From NCBI GenBank assembly GCA_036785375.1, contig JAWMAR010000567.1, positions 806,001 through 870,000 on the forward strand: a stretch of 64,000 bases of DNA. The letters are read 5' to 3'. The notes under the pieces were generated by a model that was not told the DNA's origin, did not search any database, and saw only the letters and a program-made list of their open reading frames with translations. The position numbers were made by a program, and so were the translations under genes. This stretch comes from Leucoraja ocellata (lineage: Eukaryota). How positions within the stretch are numbered: the first letter of the stretch is position 1; every line of letters begins with the position of its first letter. Positions 14,540-27,650 of this stretch are shown piece by piece.

Positions 14540-15478
14540 AACCATATAACCATATAACAATTACAGCACGGAAACAGGCCATCTCGGCCCTACAAGTCCA
14601 TGCCGAACAAATTTTTTCCCCTTAGTCCCACCTGCCTGCATTCGTACCATAACCCTCCATTCCCTTCTCATCCATATGCCTATCCAATTTATTTTTAAAT
14701 GATACTAATGAACCTGCCTCCACCACTTCCACTGGGAGCTCATTCCACACCGCCACCACTCTCTGAGTAAAGAAGTTCCCCCTCATATTACCCCTAAACT
14801 TCTGTCCCTTAATTCTGAAGTCATGTCCTCTTGTTTGAATCTTCCCTATTCTCAAAGGGAAAAGCTTGTCCACATCAACTCTGTCTATCCCTCTCATCAT
14901 TTTAAAGACCTCTATCAGGTCCCCCCTTAACCTTCTGCGCTCCAGAGAATAAAGACCTAACTTATTCAACCTATCTCTGTAACTTAGTTGTTGAAACCCA
15001 GGCAACATTCTAGTAAATCTCCTCTGTACTCTCTCTATTTTGTTGACATCCTTCCTATAATTGGGCGACCAAAATTGTATACCATACTCCAGATTTGGTC
15101 TCACCAATGCCTTGTACAATTTTAACATTACATCCCAGCTTCTATACTCAATGCTCTGATTTATAAAGGCTAGCATACCAAAAGCTTTCTTTACCACCCT
15201 ATCTATATGAGATTCCACCTTCAAGGAACTATGCACGGTTATACCCAGATCCCTCTGTTCAACTGTATTCTTCAATTCCCTACCATTTACCATGTACGTC
15301 CTATTTTGATTTGTCCTGCCAAGGTGTAGCACCTCACATTTTTCAGCATTAAACTCCATCTGCCATCTTTCAGCCCATTTTTCCAAATGGCCTAAATCAC
15401 TCTGTAGACTTTGGAAATCCTCTTCATTATCCACAACACCCCCTATCTTGGTATCATCTGCATACTTACTAATCCAAT
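14540..15478 (-). mobile_element. 5'-truncated young CR1 (same family as the 56.3-60.7 kb copy), inserted in a SINE tail
   Basis: 270-aa C-terminal ORF almost identical to 56411..57223, the same 8-bp tail repeat, flanked by ACTAAT. Confidence 0.92.
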
Positions 15479-16564
15479 ACTAATACTAATAATTCCTGTT
15501 CCTTAAATAAAGCTGGTTACATTTTTTAAATATCCTGTTTAAATGAGCATGGTTCCATAGTCAAGAGCAATGGAATTAAAGGTTGCAGATAATATGCCTA
15601 ATGTCAAAGTACATGTGAATCCAGAGAAAAAATGCAGAATCCTGTAATTCTGGTGTTTGCCTTTAATGAAGCAAAAATACACTGCTATTACATTGTGGCT
15701 CATTCTGTTCATACCACATTCCTCCTAAACAGTACTGTTAATCCAGCTATGTATTATCTCCGAGAATTATACCTTTAACCTGTAAACCACCAAATTAATT
15801 TATTCAGCATGAAATAAGTAATGCACATATAAAGGATGTACTTAATGGTAATAAACTACTTTTTTTCTTTTAATGTTTAAACCAACAATAATATTTTTTG
15901 TGTGAATATTGGCAATAAATCAAATCCCTGAAGAACAATTGCTTCTGATTTGCATTCTTATTAAGTTATTTCTTTTGTACAATTCAGTACTGTCAGGCAA
16001 ATTTGTCAAAGAAGCAGGTAAAACACGAAGATTTTTACCATACAATACAACAAACGTACAAACACGGGACAATAATAAACCAAAAACAATTGTGCAAAAA
16101 CAGATATTTTTTGTTCAAAAGAGGCAAAATGCTTCATTTTTGTCAAACCATATCAAAGATTTTAAAGTATGTTTTCATATTTTTATCAATAAAAACTATT
16201 TATATATAAACATATTAATCTTTTCTGTAGCTGGACAAAGCAGTCATTGGAGGGGAAATTGTATAAATATTTTCCAGGCACAAAAACTATGAAAGAATCC
16301 AGATTTAAAAGGTATTTTATTGAAATATCTGAACTCCAGTGAAAAGCTACCCAGTCTTGCAAGTATATTAATATTTGGATCCTGCACAATTCAACTCAAT
16401 TATAATCCTGATCTACTTCAGGTATAAGCAGGTGTAAAAAGCTTCCAACCTTCTTCATGCCCATGGAAAGTCATTTTTCTCTTGTCAATCCTTGGCATTG
16501 AGCCACAACATGCTGGGAGGCTGCTCAGGCCTTCTTTTATGTCCAGCCATAACCCTTCATTTAA

Positions 16565-17586
16565 TGATGAATACGGAAACCCTAACCATCTGTAGGGGTT
16601 TGGTTCCATTTGCTCCACTTCGGGCCCAACTGCCCGAGTGGTTCTCTCCCTTGTCGATGGGTCAAACGGCCACCACTCCACTCGAGCGGTTCCCAAGAGA
16701 GAGAAAAAAGGGATTCCCCTGGGTTCTAGACCTCAGATTATGGTGGGATATGATAAAAAAAGGTTGACTTGACCAGAGCGTGCTGATGAGAGAAAACAGA
16801 AACCAAGACAGACTCAAAGCAAGTCTAAAATTTACAGGCTTTATTGAACAAATGAGAAATTGAATCTCACCAACACTACATAATACGAGACTAAACATTT
16901 GCTTTAAACTAAGACTATGGAAAGAAAATTATCGGGCATGTCGTAAAAACGTACTTTACACAATTTTAATTACAAATGCACCCCCTTTCCCCTCCTTCTC
17001 TCAACCTCTATCCTATTTCGGGAACTTCACCAGGTCAACTGGGGTACTTGCAGCGAGATCGATGCAGGGTCAGGAACCGTCCAACAGAGCAGAAAAGAGA
17101 GCAAACCCTTGCTTGCCTCCTGCTTTTTATACCCGAGTTTCTCCCTTGAAACCTCCCAGGTGGTCCTCTGGACAGAAGGGTCTTTCGATGATTCCCAGTT
17201 TCGATCTGGCTTCCGATGATAATGGGTTTACCTCAGCCTGATCGTTATCCCATCGCCTGGATGGGCTCCCATTGTCCCGATGGATGGGCCATTTACGATG
17301 GTGATTGTCTTGCTGCCGGGTTATTTACCCCCGTCTGCTGGGCTCGGTTCCTTCCTTTGTCTTTCCAAGATAATCTCGTTATCTCCATCCCGGCCTTTCC
17401 TGTTCTCACCATTCGCATAATCATGTGGCTGCCCAGGCCCACAGACAGGCTTTAAACTTGTTCTTCTGTGATACCTTGAGGGGGGGTTTCCTTTTTCAGC
17501 CAGCATGTCCGTTTTAAAAATGTCCAGGTCTTATCCCCGAGTTCTTCCATAATTTTGGAGGATTTGCCCCAATAACTTACACATCA
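16565..17586 (-). mobile_element. LTR-like element (probable solo LTR, ERV/Gypsy type; boundaries uncertain)
   Basis: TGATG...CATCA termini; minus-strand TATAAAA (about 17130) followed by AATAAA (about 16843); GC/CpG-richer than its flanks. No clear TSD. Confidence 0.45.
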
Positions 17587-18720
17587 TGTTTTTACATGGT
17601 AATGACAAATCATATCAAGTAGTAAAAAGCTACCTCACTTCTTTGCAGAACCATCATTGGTTGGTTTTAATATGGCCCGTTTATTGTTGATACATTTACA
17701 CCTCAAGTTGTTTTCAGCATTTTTGTACGATATTTAATAATGTATAGATATCTGTATTAATGGATAATTTCCATTTATGTATTAACTATGTGCACTGTGT
17801 TCTTTTTGCAGAGACCCCTTTGTGTTATCTGACTGATGTCAAAAGGAATAACAAAGTAGTGGATCACGTAATCAGAACCAGAATGTCCTGTATGATGATT
17901 CTAGTGGTCTCAAGCTCTTGAGTGGCCTTTCTCAAATACTTAGAGATATGGACCACATAGAGACAGCTTCCACTTGGAACGCATTGCAACAGTTGCTCAC
18001 TGTTGGAATTATTAGTTTCCCTAGATTGGAAAACGCCCCAGATAGTTTTGAGGATATTAAATATGCCTGCCATCTTTCCTGGCATAATTTACCTTGCACT
18101 TCCCTTTGGGATAATCCAATCTGTGTGGCTCAATGACTCAGTGAAGCAGATTAAAGTTGCAGCGAGAACCTACCTCATGAATGCCCTTGCTGCTATTTAC
18201 AGATGCTTTGGGATTTGTCTATGAAGAAAATGGCTGATGTTAACTCTCCAGATTTGGTTTGCAATTTTGGATTGTTTCAGAGATTCATAAATGCCTGCAT
18301 GATTGTTATGATGACCACACTACAATGAGAAATACTACACACACCACTTATGGAAACAAAATATATTTTCAAAGTTTCTTATTATTATTTTGCAGACAAT
18401 CATATTTCCCAGAATGCACATTAATATGGGAATATTAATAAATAGATGGTATACATTAATATTTGATACCCTAAGGCTCAACAAAGTCCAGAATTGGAGT
18501 TGTTTGGATATGTTGTTATATCATTGTTCATTGTGAACCAGTTAATATACAACCAGATTAGACCATTTAGCTAACTGGAAATCCTAAAGCTAATTGAATT
18601 TCTGATTCATAAATTAAGTAAATGTAAGTGTCTCTGAATGGACTTCAATTATATATGCATTTATTGGTAAAAATGCGAGATTTAAAAAAAAAAGTGGCCT
18701 TCATCATTGCGAGAGCTTTA

Positions 18721-19092
18721 AGCCTCTGTCCCACTTTCCCGAGTTACTAACAAATTCTCCCGAGTTTTCCCCTTGATCAAACTCGGAGATGCCAGCCGTA
18801 GGTATCGGGGCTATTTTTTTTACTCGTGGACATTTTTCAACATGCTGAAAAAACGTCCCGACTTACCTGATACTCCAAGTACCTACGGCTGGCATTACGA
18901 GCCACTACGGCATATCTACAGACTCCTACGGCCTCAATGCATTTTGTTGTCTCTGTACTGTACACTGACAATGACAATTAAAATTGTATCTGAATCTGAA
19001 TCTACTGACTTGCTATGGACATTCTCCAAGTTTGAATTAAGAGGAAAACTCGGGAGAATTTGTGAGTATCTTGGGAAAGTGGGACAGAGCCT
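18721..19092. mobile_element. PIF/Harbinger-type MITE carrying a small LINE/SINE-tail insert
   Basis: TIRs AGCCTCTGTCCCACTTTCCC / GGGAAAGTGGGACAGAGCCT with TTA TSD. Confidence 0.82.
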
Positions 19093-19401
19093 TTACTTTC
19101 TCCATTATGAAATACTGGGAGATCTTTCTTGATACTTTAATCTTTTAGGTATTAGGTGGTTTCTGTTAACATTTGTCATGTGCTAAATCTACCAATTGCA
19201 AAAAAATAGAGCCACACTGGATTAGACAAAGCAATGATAATTCATGATGAAATTTACAGATTTATACAAAATGTATTAACTTTATCCAATGGCTGCTCAA
19301 TATCTAAACAGAAATTACTAAATAATTACTAAGCAAAAGAGTTCATATTGATCATGTTCAAGTAATATTTTTATAAAGTAGGTTTTGTGATTCAGGCAGT
19401 G

Positions 19402-19788
19402 TTTAACGGCAATTTCTAAACTTTTCAATGTCCAACTTTTACTACTCTGGGATGTGGTGGATATATAGATAGCAAAAACTAATCTTCCAGTCGTTTCTTG
19501 ATTAATTGTTTTTTTTATTGAAGTAATAAAAAACAAAGAAATAATTCATAACTTTTCGTTCTTACTAACTGTTTCTTCCGTCTTATGAACATGAACGTGA
19601 TCGTGTCATGGTTAAAAATTGTTGCCCTCACCATTCCTCGAGGCAAACTAGAAACCCAATCTCTGAGTCTGCGCTAGCCTCCTAAAAATGTAGACACCTC
19701 CTTCTATGTATATAATCCCACCCACAAGCTAGGAAAAAAAGTACAGAAATACTAACAATAACTAACTTAAGCACAAAAGGCTCCTACA
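19402..19788 (-). repeat. 3' LTR of the BEL/Pao element
   Basis: Direct repeat of 25101-25506. On the minus strand it begins TGTAGGAG after AGGGGCCATTG (PPT-like). Confidence 0.88.
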
Positions 19789-22715
19789 CAATGGCCCCTA
19801 ATTGTTCTATGTATATAACAAAGCAATTACCAATAGACATTAATAGGAGCTCCAAGCTTAACATACATCAAAAACAAAATAAATATGCACTATTTGTTAG
19901 CATTCAGATTTCTTTGGCTATTCTTCTATCTTTGCCTTCGCCTTCTAGAAGCAGACATATCTTGGTTATATGTCTTTCCAAGATGTTGTTCTTAGTCTGA
20001 AGTCATACAATATGCACCAAACCTTTAACATTTGGCATGATCTCCAGTATTCTGCCCATCAACCAAGAACCTTGTGGTGCATTTGAATCAACCACCAAAA
20101 TGATAGCGCCTGAAATAAAATTTCTCCTAACCCTTGACCATCGCTGTCGTTCTTGGATTAGAGGCAAGTATTCTTGTGTCCAACGTTTCCAAAAAAGATC
20201 TGCCATATATTGTGTCTGTGTCTAACGTACACATCCTCCTTTACAAAGAGCCCAGGTGGTAGTATTGGATTAGTCTTCAGCAGAAGAAGATGATTCGGTG
20301 TAAGTGCTTCTAAGTCCCTAGGATCATCAGAACTCCTGGTAATGGGTCGATCATTTAAAATTGCTTCAATTTCACAAAATAAAGTTTGTAATCCTTCATC
20401 GTCCAGAACTTGTTGTTTAAGAACAGAGCGTAGCACATTTCGAACCATGCGGATCAATCGTTCCCAAACACCGCCGTGATAAGTTCCCGCAGGGGATTAA
20501 AATTCCATCGTATCCCTTGCTGAAGCATAGCATACTGAATTTTATCCTGATTTAAGCCTTTAAGTGCTTCTTTCAACTCTCCTCTCCAACAAAATTTGTA
20601 CCATTATCAGATTTTAATGATAAAACTTGACCTCGTCGACAGATAAATCTTTGTAACGCATGAATGCAGGAGTCTGTGTCAAGTGTAAATGCATCTTCAA
20701 GATTTACCGCTCTGATTGCCATGCAAGTGAAAATTACACCATACCTTTTCACAAGACTTCATCCTCTCTTGACTTCTGTAGGACCAAAGTTATCTACTCC
20801 TACATCTGTAAATGGAGGTTTATCAGGTAAAATCCTCTCCAGAGGTAAATCTACCATTTTCTGTTCTCCAACTTTTCCATGCTGTCATCTGCACATAGTA
20901 CAATTTTTTAATTATCTTTCTAGCAGCAGAGTTAGCTTTAATAATCCAATATTTCATATGAAGTTGCGACAGCATGTGATTTCTTCCTCCATCTGTTTAT
21001 GGATATGTCGTAACAGTAGTGTTGAAATGTGAAAATCCTTCGAGAGAATAATAGGATGCTTAGCCTCTTCAGGCATTCAGATTTCAGTTTAAGCTTTGGC
21101 CATTCTCTGTCTGGCTTACAGAGAAAATCTGGTCCCTTGATCCATCTCTTATTGCTTAAGATGCGGTCTGCTGTTAGTCCTCTAGAGGCTTCATCTGCAG
21201 GATTTTCCTTTGTGTTGACGTATTTCCATTGTGATACATTAGTAGCACCCCTTACATAAGAGATTCTGTTTGCTACAAATGTTTGAAAGCATTTGTTTTT
21301 ATTGTTGAAGTACTTAAGCACGGTAGTGCAATCAGTCCTGAAGATAGATTTCTCCACCTTGAGTTGTAATTCATTTTGCAGCATTATGTTAATATTGACA
21401 GCTAAAACTGCTGCTGGAAGGTCCATTCTGGGAACCGTTATTTGCGTCAATGGTGCCACTCTGACCTTTCCCATTAAGAATGCAACATGTACTTCATTGT
21501 TATCACTTTCCAGTCTTAGATATGAAACGGTATCGTAGCCACTTTCACTAGCATCTGAAAAGTGGTGCAGCTGTGCATATCTGATTTGACCAAAGTTTGT
21601 CGGCTTCATACATCGGTCCACTTTGAATTCCAAGATCTTGTCGTGATCTGCTAACCACTCTGTCCATCGCTGAGAGAAGATTTGCGTTATACTCTCATCC
21701 CATCCAAGCCTTTTCTGACAGAGCTCCTGCATAATTAACTTGGCTGGCAGAGTAAATGGTGCAAGAAATCCCAAAGGGTCGTATGTATAACCAATCACAG
21801 ATAGGATGTCCTGTCTTGTACATGGTCATTCCTGAATTGAGATTCTGAATTTGAACACATCTGTTTCAACACACCAGTGCAATCCATAGACAGATTGTAT
21901 TTGTCCAACTCCCTGATCTCCTTGGCTCTGTTATCTGGTGGAATGGTTTCCAATACAACACGGCTGTTGATGATCCACTTTGATAGCATGAATCCTCACT
22001 TTTTTGCAGAGGGAAGTCAGGTGTACTACCATTTGAATTGCTTCTTGATCCGAAGACATAGATTTTAAACAATAATCCACATAGAAATTGTTCTTTACTG
22101 TGTTTATCACTTCTTTTGGAAAATGAGCTTCATTATCCTCAGTGGTCCTCATTAATGCAAAGTTTGCACAATTTGGTGATGACACTGCTTCAAAGAGATG
22201 TTCCTTCATTCGGTATTCAACAAGATCTTGCTGTGCATCCCTCACCATAGGAATCGCAAATAATCATTATGTCTTTCTGATACTTTAACTTGATGAAACA
22301 TTGCTTTAATATCAGCCATCAAAGCAACTGGTTCCTGTCTGAATCTGATGAGAACTCCGATGAGTGAGTTGGTAAGGTCCAGACCTTGCAGTAGTTGGCA
22401 GTTAAGTGATGTTCCTTTGAAAACTGCTGCACAGTCAAAGAGCACCCTTAAGGTCCATTTCTTTGAGTGATACACCCCATGGTGTAGAATATACCAAAGT
22501 CCTCCATCACTTCGATTCAGCTGGTCTGTTGGTACCATTTCAGCATAATAATTGTCAATAATTTCCCTCAGAAAAGATGTATATTCATCATGAAATTTTG
22601 TATTCTTGCCAAACTAGCGTATCAGGTTCTGAATGCGCTGCTCGGCAATGCATCGTTTATTCGGCAAACAAACACTTTCTTGTTTGAAAGGTAAGTCTAG
22701 ACTAGAGTGTCCATC

Positions 22716-22887
22716 TGTAGATTAGTGTAAACTGTGGCTCCGCCCACAGGCTCATTAGAGAGCTCTTCTCTCTCTCTCTATTAGACTAGTAGTATGCATG
22801 TTGAGACAAAAGCTCTTTGAGTTACCTCTGCAGAGTTGCTAATAAAAGACTATAGATTCTAATCACTTTGTATGGGCCTGATCTTTA
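22716..22887 (+). mobile_element. About 170-bp solo-LTR-like insertion inside BEL pol
   Basis: Starts TGTAGAT, contains a GC box and AATAAA, is flanked by CCATC, and interrupts the BEL reading frame (SVKM|DGH). Confidence 0.5.
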
Positions 22888-23062
22888 CCATCTTTACTGA
22901 GCGCTTCATAATATCCAAGAACTTTACCTCTTCACGGGACATTTCTTCTGATTCCTTGCTGGATCCTTCATTGAAGTCGTGATTGTAATGCTTGATCAAC
23001 AGCTCCTCTATGCTTGCAGTAAATATTCGATTAACAACTGCAGTAGGGTAGTTATTCTTATT

Positions 23063-23785
23063 GTTCAAGAAGGAACAGCAGATGCTGGAAAATCGAAGGT
23101 ACACAAAAATGCTGGAGAAACTCAGCGGGTGCAGCAGCATCTATGGAGCGAAGGAAATAGGCAACGTTTCGGGCCAAAATCCTTCTTCAGGCTGATAGGG
23201 GGTGGCGTGGAGAAGGAAGGGAAAAAGGAGGAGGAGGAGGAGCCCGAGGGCTGAGGGATGGGAGGAGACAGCAAGGGCTAACAAAATTGGGAGAATTCAA
23301 TGTTCATGCCCGCAGGATGCATACTCCCCAAGCGGAGTATGAGGTGCTGTTCCTCCAATTTCCGGTGTTGCTCACTCTGGCCATGGAGGAGACCCATGAC
23401 AGAGAGGTCGGACGGGGAATGGGAGGGGGAGTTGAAGTGCTGAGCCACCGGGAGGTCAGGTTACTTCTTGTGGACCGAGCAGAGGTGTCCGGCGAAACGA
23501 TCGGCCAAGTAATCCTCCGTCAGTTTCGCCACGTCCAACGTGACCCCACCACTCGCCACATCTTCCCATCTCCCACCATGTCTGCCTTCCGCAAAGACCG
23601 CTCCCTCCGCAACTCTCTTGTCAATTCTTCCCTTCTCTCTCGTACCACCCCCTCCCCAGGCACCTTCCGTTGCAACCGCAAGAAATGCAACCTCTGTCCC
23701 TTTACCTCCCCCCTCGACTCCATTCAAGGACCCAAGCAGTCGTTCCAGGTGCGACAGAGGTTCACCTGTATCTCCAACCTCATCT
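23063..23785. mobile_element. Penelope-like fragment with internal inversion, nested in BEL
   Basis: The minus part carries the endonuclease C-terminus and a hammerhead repeat. The plus part encodes AFRKDRSLRNSLV...CNRKKCNLC...FQVRQRFTC (Penelope linker/GIY-YIG). Confidence 0.8.
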
Positions 23786-25100
23786 GGGCTTCCGCAACGG
23801 CGACTTCTCCCGCCCGAATTGCGGGGTTGAAAAGTACCTGGAGCAGGGCCTTACATCACCCAGCGCGGCTTTAAATGGCTGCGGGACTTGCTAGCGCCCG
23901 CCGGGGGGGCTCCAACACCAAGACCCGGAGCACGGCCTTGCATCGCCCGGCGCGGCTTTAATGGCCGCGGGACAATTACTATCGCCCACCGGGGGCTTTG
24001 ACTCTGACATCGGGAGGAGAATGAGGAGTGCAGGGGAGAGATAAGACTTTGCCTTCCATCACAGTGAGGAAGAGATTCACTGTGATGGATGTTTGTGTAA
24101 ATTGTGTTGTGTCTTGGTTCTTTTTCTTGTGTGTATGACTGCAGAAACCAATTTTTTGTTTGAGCCTCAATGAGGTTCAAATGAAAACAAATAAATTATA
24201 TCATTGTATCAGTAGCTCTTCCCACTGTAGCTGTTTGTGCTACGATTCCAGATAACCGCTTCTCCTGTTCTTCTGCAAAACCGCCAAAAATTTCCATTTC
24301 GTCTTGAAAACCACTGATTTTGCCTATCACGTTCCTCCTCAGGCCCTGTTGTAAACCCTGTATTAAGACGTGGTTTTGTCCAATCTCGAGGCGGAGGTTG
24401 TTTAATTGAACCAGATTAGATTTTACTTCCTTTACATTCTCATCTGAATTCACGAGTACGTTCTGGTTTACGGTCAACTTGTTAACCTGCTTCCATGTTT
24501 CTTTCCTTCTGGCATTTTTCCAGGAACGCCGCTGGTCCTTTCTCACGGAGCTTGACGATTCTCTTTCTTATCTTCTCGACTCCTGCTGGTCATCGCCCCC
24601 CTGTGGCATTTCTTCATACTTACCTGCTTGAAGGTCCATAATAAATGTATCTTTTATCGGAGTGTTCTTTAAACATCAGCAGGAATCCAAAACAAACTGT
24701 TGGTTTTGTTTTTAAAACATCATTGTATTCGAGCTCCTGGAATTCCTCTCCCAGTATCTGTTGTAAACAATCGTCGGCTTCAACACACCGTATCTTCTAG
24801 GAATCCATAACATCATTATTTTCAAGGTCATGGCTTCAGCACCAGCAGTTTATCTTTGCTACTGTAAACAAGATTCCTCAGCTGTTTTCAATACTGTCCT
24901 TGGTACTATTTCTGCAAACTTTCTTTAACTTCTGGCTTTGAAGTCTTCAATCTTTGTTCTTCTGATAACCCAGGTGTTGACCGTGTTGATTAGCCTGTGA
25001 CTGGCAGATTCTTTGTTCGAGGGTTTCAAGCTCTTATCTCACTCGCAGAGATTCAGCTTTCTCCTTCAGTTACACTCGTAGAACCAGTTTTTTACTCTAA

Positions 25101-25506
25101 TGTAAAGGCAATTTCCAAACTTTTCAATGTCCAACTTTTAATTACCGTTACTACTCGGGGATGTGATGGAGATATAGTTTACACACTAACAGATAGCAAA
25201 AACGAATTTTCCAGTCGTTGTTTCTTGATAAATTGTGTTTTTATTGAAGTAATACAAAACAAAGAAATAATTCATAACTTTTCGTTTTACAAACTGTTTC
25301 TTCCGTCTCGTGAACATGAACGTGATCGTGGTAAAAACTGTTGTCCTCACCATCCCTCGAGGCAAACTAAAAACCCAATCTCTGAGTCTGCGCTAAACTC
25401 CTAAAAATGTAGACATCCCCTTCTACGTATATAATCCCGCCCACAAACGAGGAAAAAGATACAGAAAGACTAACAGTAACTAACTTAAACATAAATGGCT
25501 CCTACA
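25101..25506 (-). repeat. 5' LTR of the BEL/Pao element
   Basis: TG...CA termini; TATA-like and AATAAA signals on the minus strand. Confidence 0.88.
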
Positions 25507-25567
25507 CAGTGAGTTCTACTTTTGATTAAGAAATCTTAATCTCAACTATTTGGGATTATAGTTAACT

Positions 25568-27323
25568 TTTTTTGTTTTTTTTTTTGTTTATTTTATTAGA
25601 AGTTAATACAGCGCAAAACAGTACAGTGGCACCTAATTTTAGGTGCCAACTATGTAATACCGTAATCCATTCTATGTACAACCTCTAGTTTTATGTTATA
25701 AGAAGGAAGTAAGCAGGACAAGAAAAAGAAAACAATAGAAAGGGGAAAAAGTGGAAAAATAGATGGTAGAGAGTAGAAAAACGTGAAGTGTGTATATAAA
25801 AAATAAAAAAAGGAAGAGAGAAAGTGGAAAGTAGAAATAGAAGAGAAGGCCCCTTAAAAGAGAATTTTTCAAATCTGTATTCGGAGATGTAGATCTATCC
25901 GCGTCATGAACTGAAATCAGCAATCCTTACGGTACCGCTGCATCACATGATTCCAAAAAGTCGATGAAAGGAGACCAACTCCTTAAGAATTGGTCATATT
26001 TATCTATTAGTCGGAGTCTCATTTCTTCAAGGCGTGCTATGTCCATCATATTCCTAATCCACATTTTAACAGTTGGTGTGGTTGTATTTTTCCAAAATTT
26101 AAGTATCAATTTCTTTCCAATTATTAACCCATAATTAAAAAAAACATTTTGATCTTTATTTAAATTGGTATCTTCTCCTATTATTCCAAATATAATCCAT
26201 TCCGTTTTGGGTTCTATTCTTGACTTGAAAATCTTTGTAAATATATCAAATATATCACTCCAAAATTTATTCAACTTTGTACATCCTACAAATGAGTGTG
26301 TTATATTAGCGTTTTGAAACAAACATTTATCGCATCTGGGAGAGACGTTTGGATAAAATTTATTCAACCTCGTTTTTGAATAATATAGTCTATGTAATAA
26401 TTTGAATTGAATTAAATTATGTCTTGCATTAATAGAACAGTTATGTGTATTCATCAAATACTTTTCCCATCTATCCTTCGAGATCTTTATCATTAGCTCT
26501 TGTTCCCAATCTTCCCTTAATGCTTCTGTTGAGGGTGATTCTCTATTTAATATATTATTATAAAAGTATGATATTAATTTTTGTGAATCAGCCTTAATAT
26601 TCATTGCTTCTTCTAAAGGATCTAAAAATATAGTTTGAAATCTATGTGTATATTTCTTCATAAAGTCACATACCTGTATATATTTAAAATATTGATTATC
26701 CTTCAATTTAAATTTTAATTTTAATTGTTGAAATGATAACAGTTTGCCCACTTCATACATGTCCCCTACTTTCCTAATCCCCAGTCTATCCCATTGTTGA
26801 TATGTGTTGTCGATGAGAGAAGGTTTGAATGCGGGGTTGTTCAATAGTGGGGTTAGTACTGATAAATTATTTAATTTCAAGTATATTTTTATTTGTTTCC
26901 AAATTCTTATTATATTGTGAATAATTGGGTTCTTTTTATATATTATACTATTCAATTTTATCGGTGAGAGCAGGATCGTTCCTATATCGTGCGGATAGCA
27001 CTCCTCTTTCTCCATTCTTATCCACTCCAACTGCTGAGTGGAACTATCCAGCCAGTATATTATGTTCTTAATATGCACTGCCCAGTAGTAATATATAAAG
27101 TTAGGTAATGATAAACCCCCAACTTCTTTAGATTTGCACAAATGCTTTCGTTGAATTCTATGTGTTCTGTAGTCCCATATAAAATTAGTGATAGTGGAAT
27201 CTAATTTTTTGAAAAAATATTTTGGAATATATATTGGGATCGCTTGAAACAAATATATTAATTGTGGTAAGAAAGTCATTTTTACAGCGTTAATTCTACC
27301 TATCAATGAGAGCGGAAGCGTTT
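25568..27323 (-). mobile_element. Young 5'-truncated L1-clade LINE
   Basis: 13-bp TSD ATTATAGTTAACT (25555-25567 and 27324-27336), AATAAA plus A-rich tail on the minus strand, uninterrupted ORF2 C terminus. Confidence 0.92.
25927..27306 (-). CDS. L1 ORF2 C-terminal part (post-RT region + CCHC zinc finger), truncated
   Basis: GRINAVKM, GGLSLPN, QFKLLHRLY and CDKC...H...C motifs in a 459-aa open frame. Confidence 0.8.
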   Translation of the reverse strand: MIGRINAVKMTFLPQLIYLFQAIPIYIPKYFFKKLDSTITNFIWDYRTHRIQRKHLCKSKEVGGLSLPNFIYYYWAVHIKNIIYWLDSSTQQLEWIRMEKEECYPHDIGTILLSPIKLNSIIYKKNPIIHNIIRIWKQIKIYLKLNNLSVLTPLLNNPAFKPSLIDNTYQQWDRLGIRKVGDMYEVGKLLSFQQLKLKFKLKDNQYFKYIQVCDFMKKYTHRFQTIFLDPLEEAMNIKADSQKLISYFYNNILNRESPSTEALREDWEQELMIKISKDRWEKYLMNTHNCSINARHNLIQFKLLHRLYYSKTRLNKFYPNVSPRCDKCLFQNANITHSFVGCTKLNKFWSDIFDIFTKIFKSRIEPKTEWIIFGIIGEDTNLNKDQNVFFNYGLIIGKKLILKFWKNTTTPTVKMWIRNMMDIARLEEMRLRLIDKYDQFLRSWSPFIDFLESCDAAVP

Positions 27324-27650
27324 ATTATAGTTAACTAATTTACATAATCTGTTGTCAAAATTGCTAACAGTTTGATTCAAGTAATGTATTTCCACAGTAG
27401 GAAGAAGCCTCGGGCAGTGGGTATACCCCCACTGCAACTATACCAGAAGTGTATACTCAGTTTTTATTTTGCTCTTGTTTTATTGGATTGCTAAAGAGGA
27501 TCAGGCATAGCGTTTGGCAAAACAATGAATTGCAGATTTAAGTTTTTTTTTAATTAGAATTTACTGAGAATGGTAACTAGGTCACTAGTTTGTAAGAATA
27601 TAATTGATATAACTAATCAGATCTAAAGGGATGAAGATAAAACCAACCAG

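Larger units (their letters stand above)
19402..25506 (-). mobile_element. BEL/Pao LTR retrotransposon, degenerate, with nested insertions
   Basis: Diverged LTRs at 19402-19788 and 25101-25506; 5-bp TSD CAGTG (19397-19401 and 25507-25511). Pol remnants: RT (ADIKAMFHQV, NFYVD), Pao RNase H (YDPLGFLAP, LHHFSDASE), integrase (EIEAILNDRP, LTPNHLLL, FWKRWTQEYL). Confidence 0.92.
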
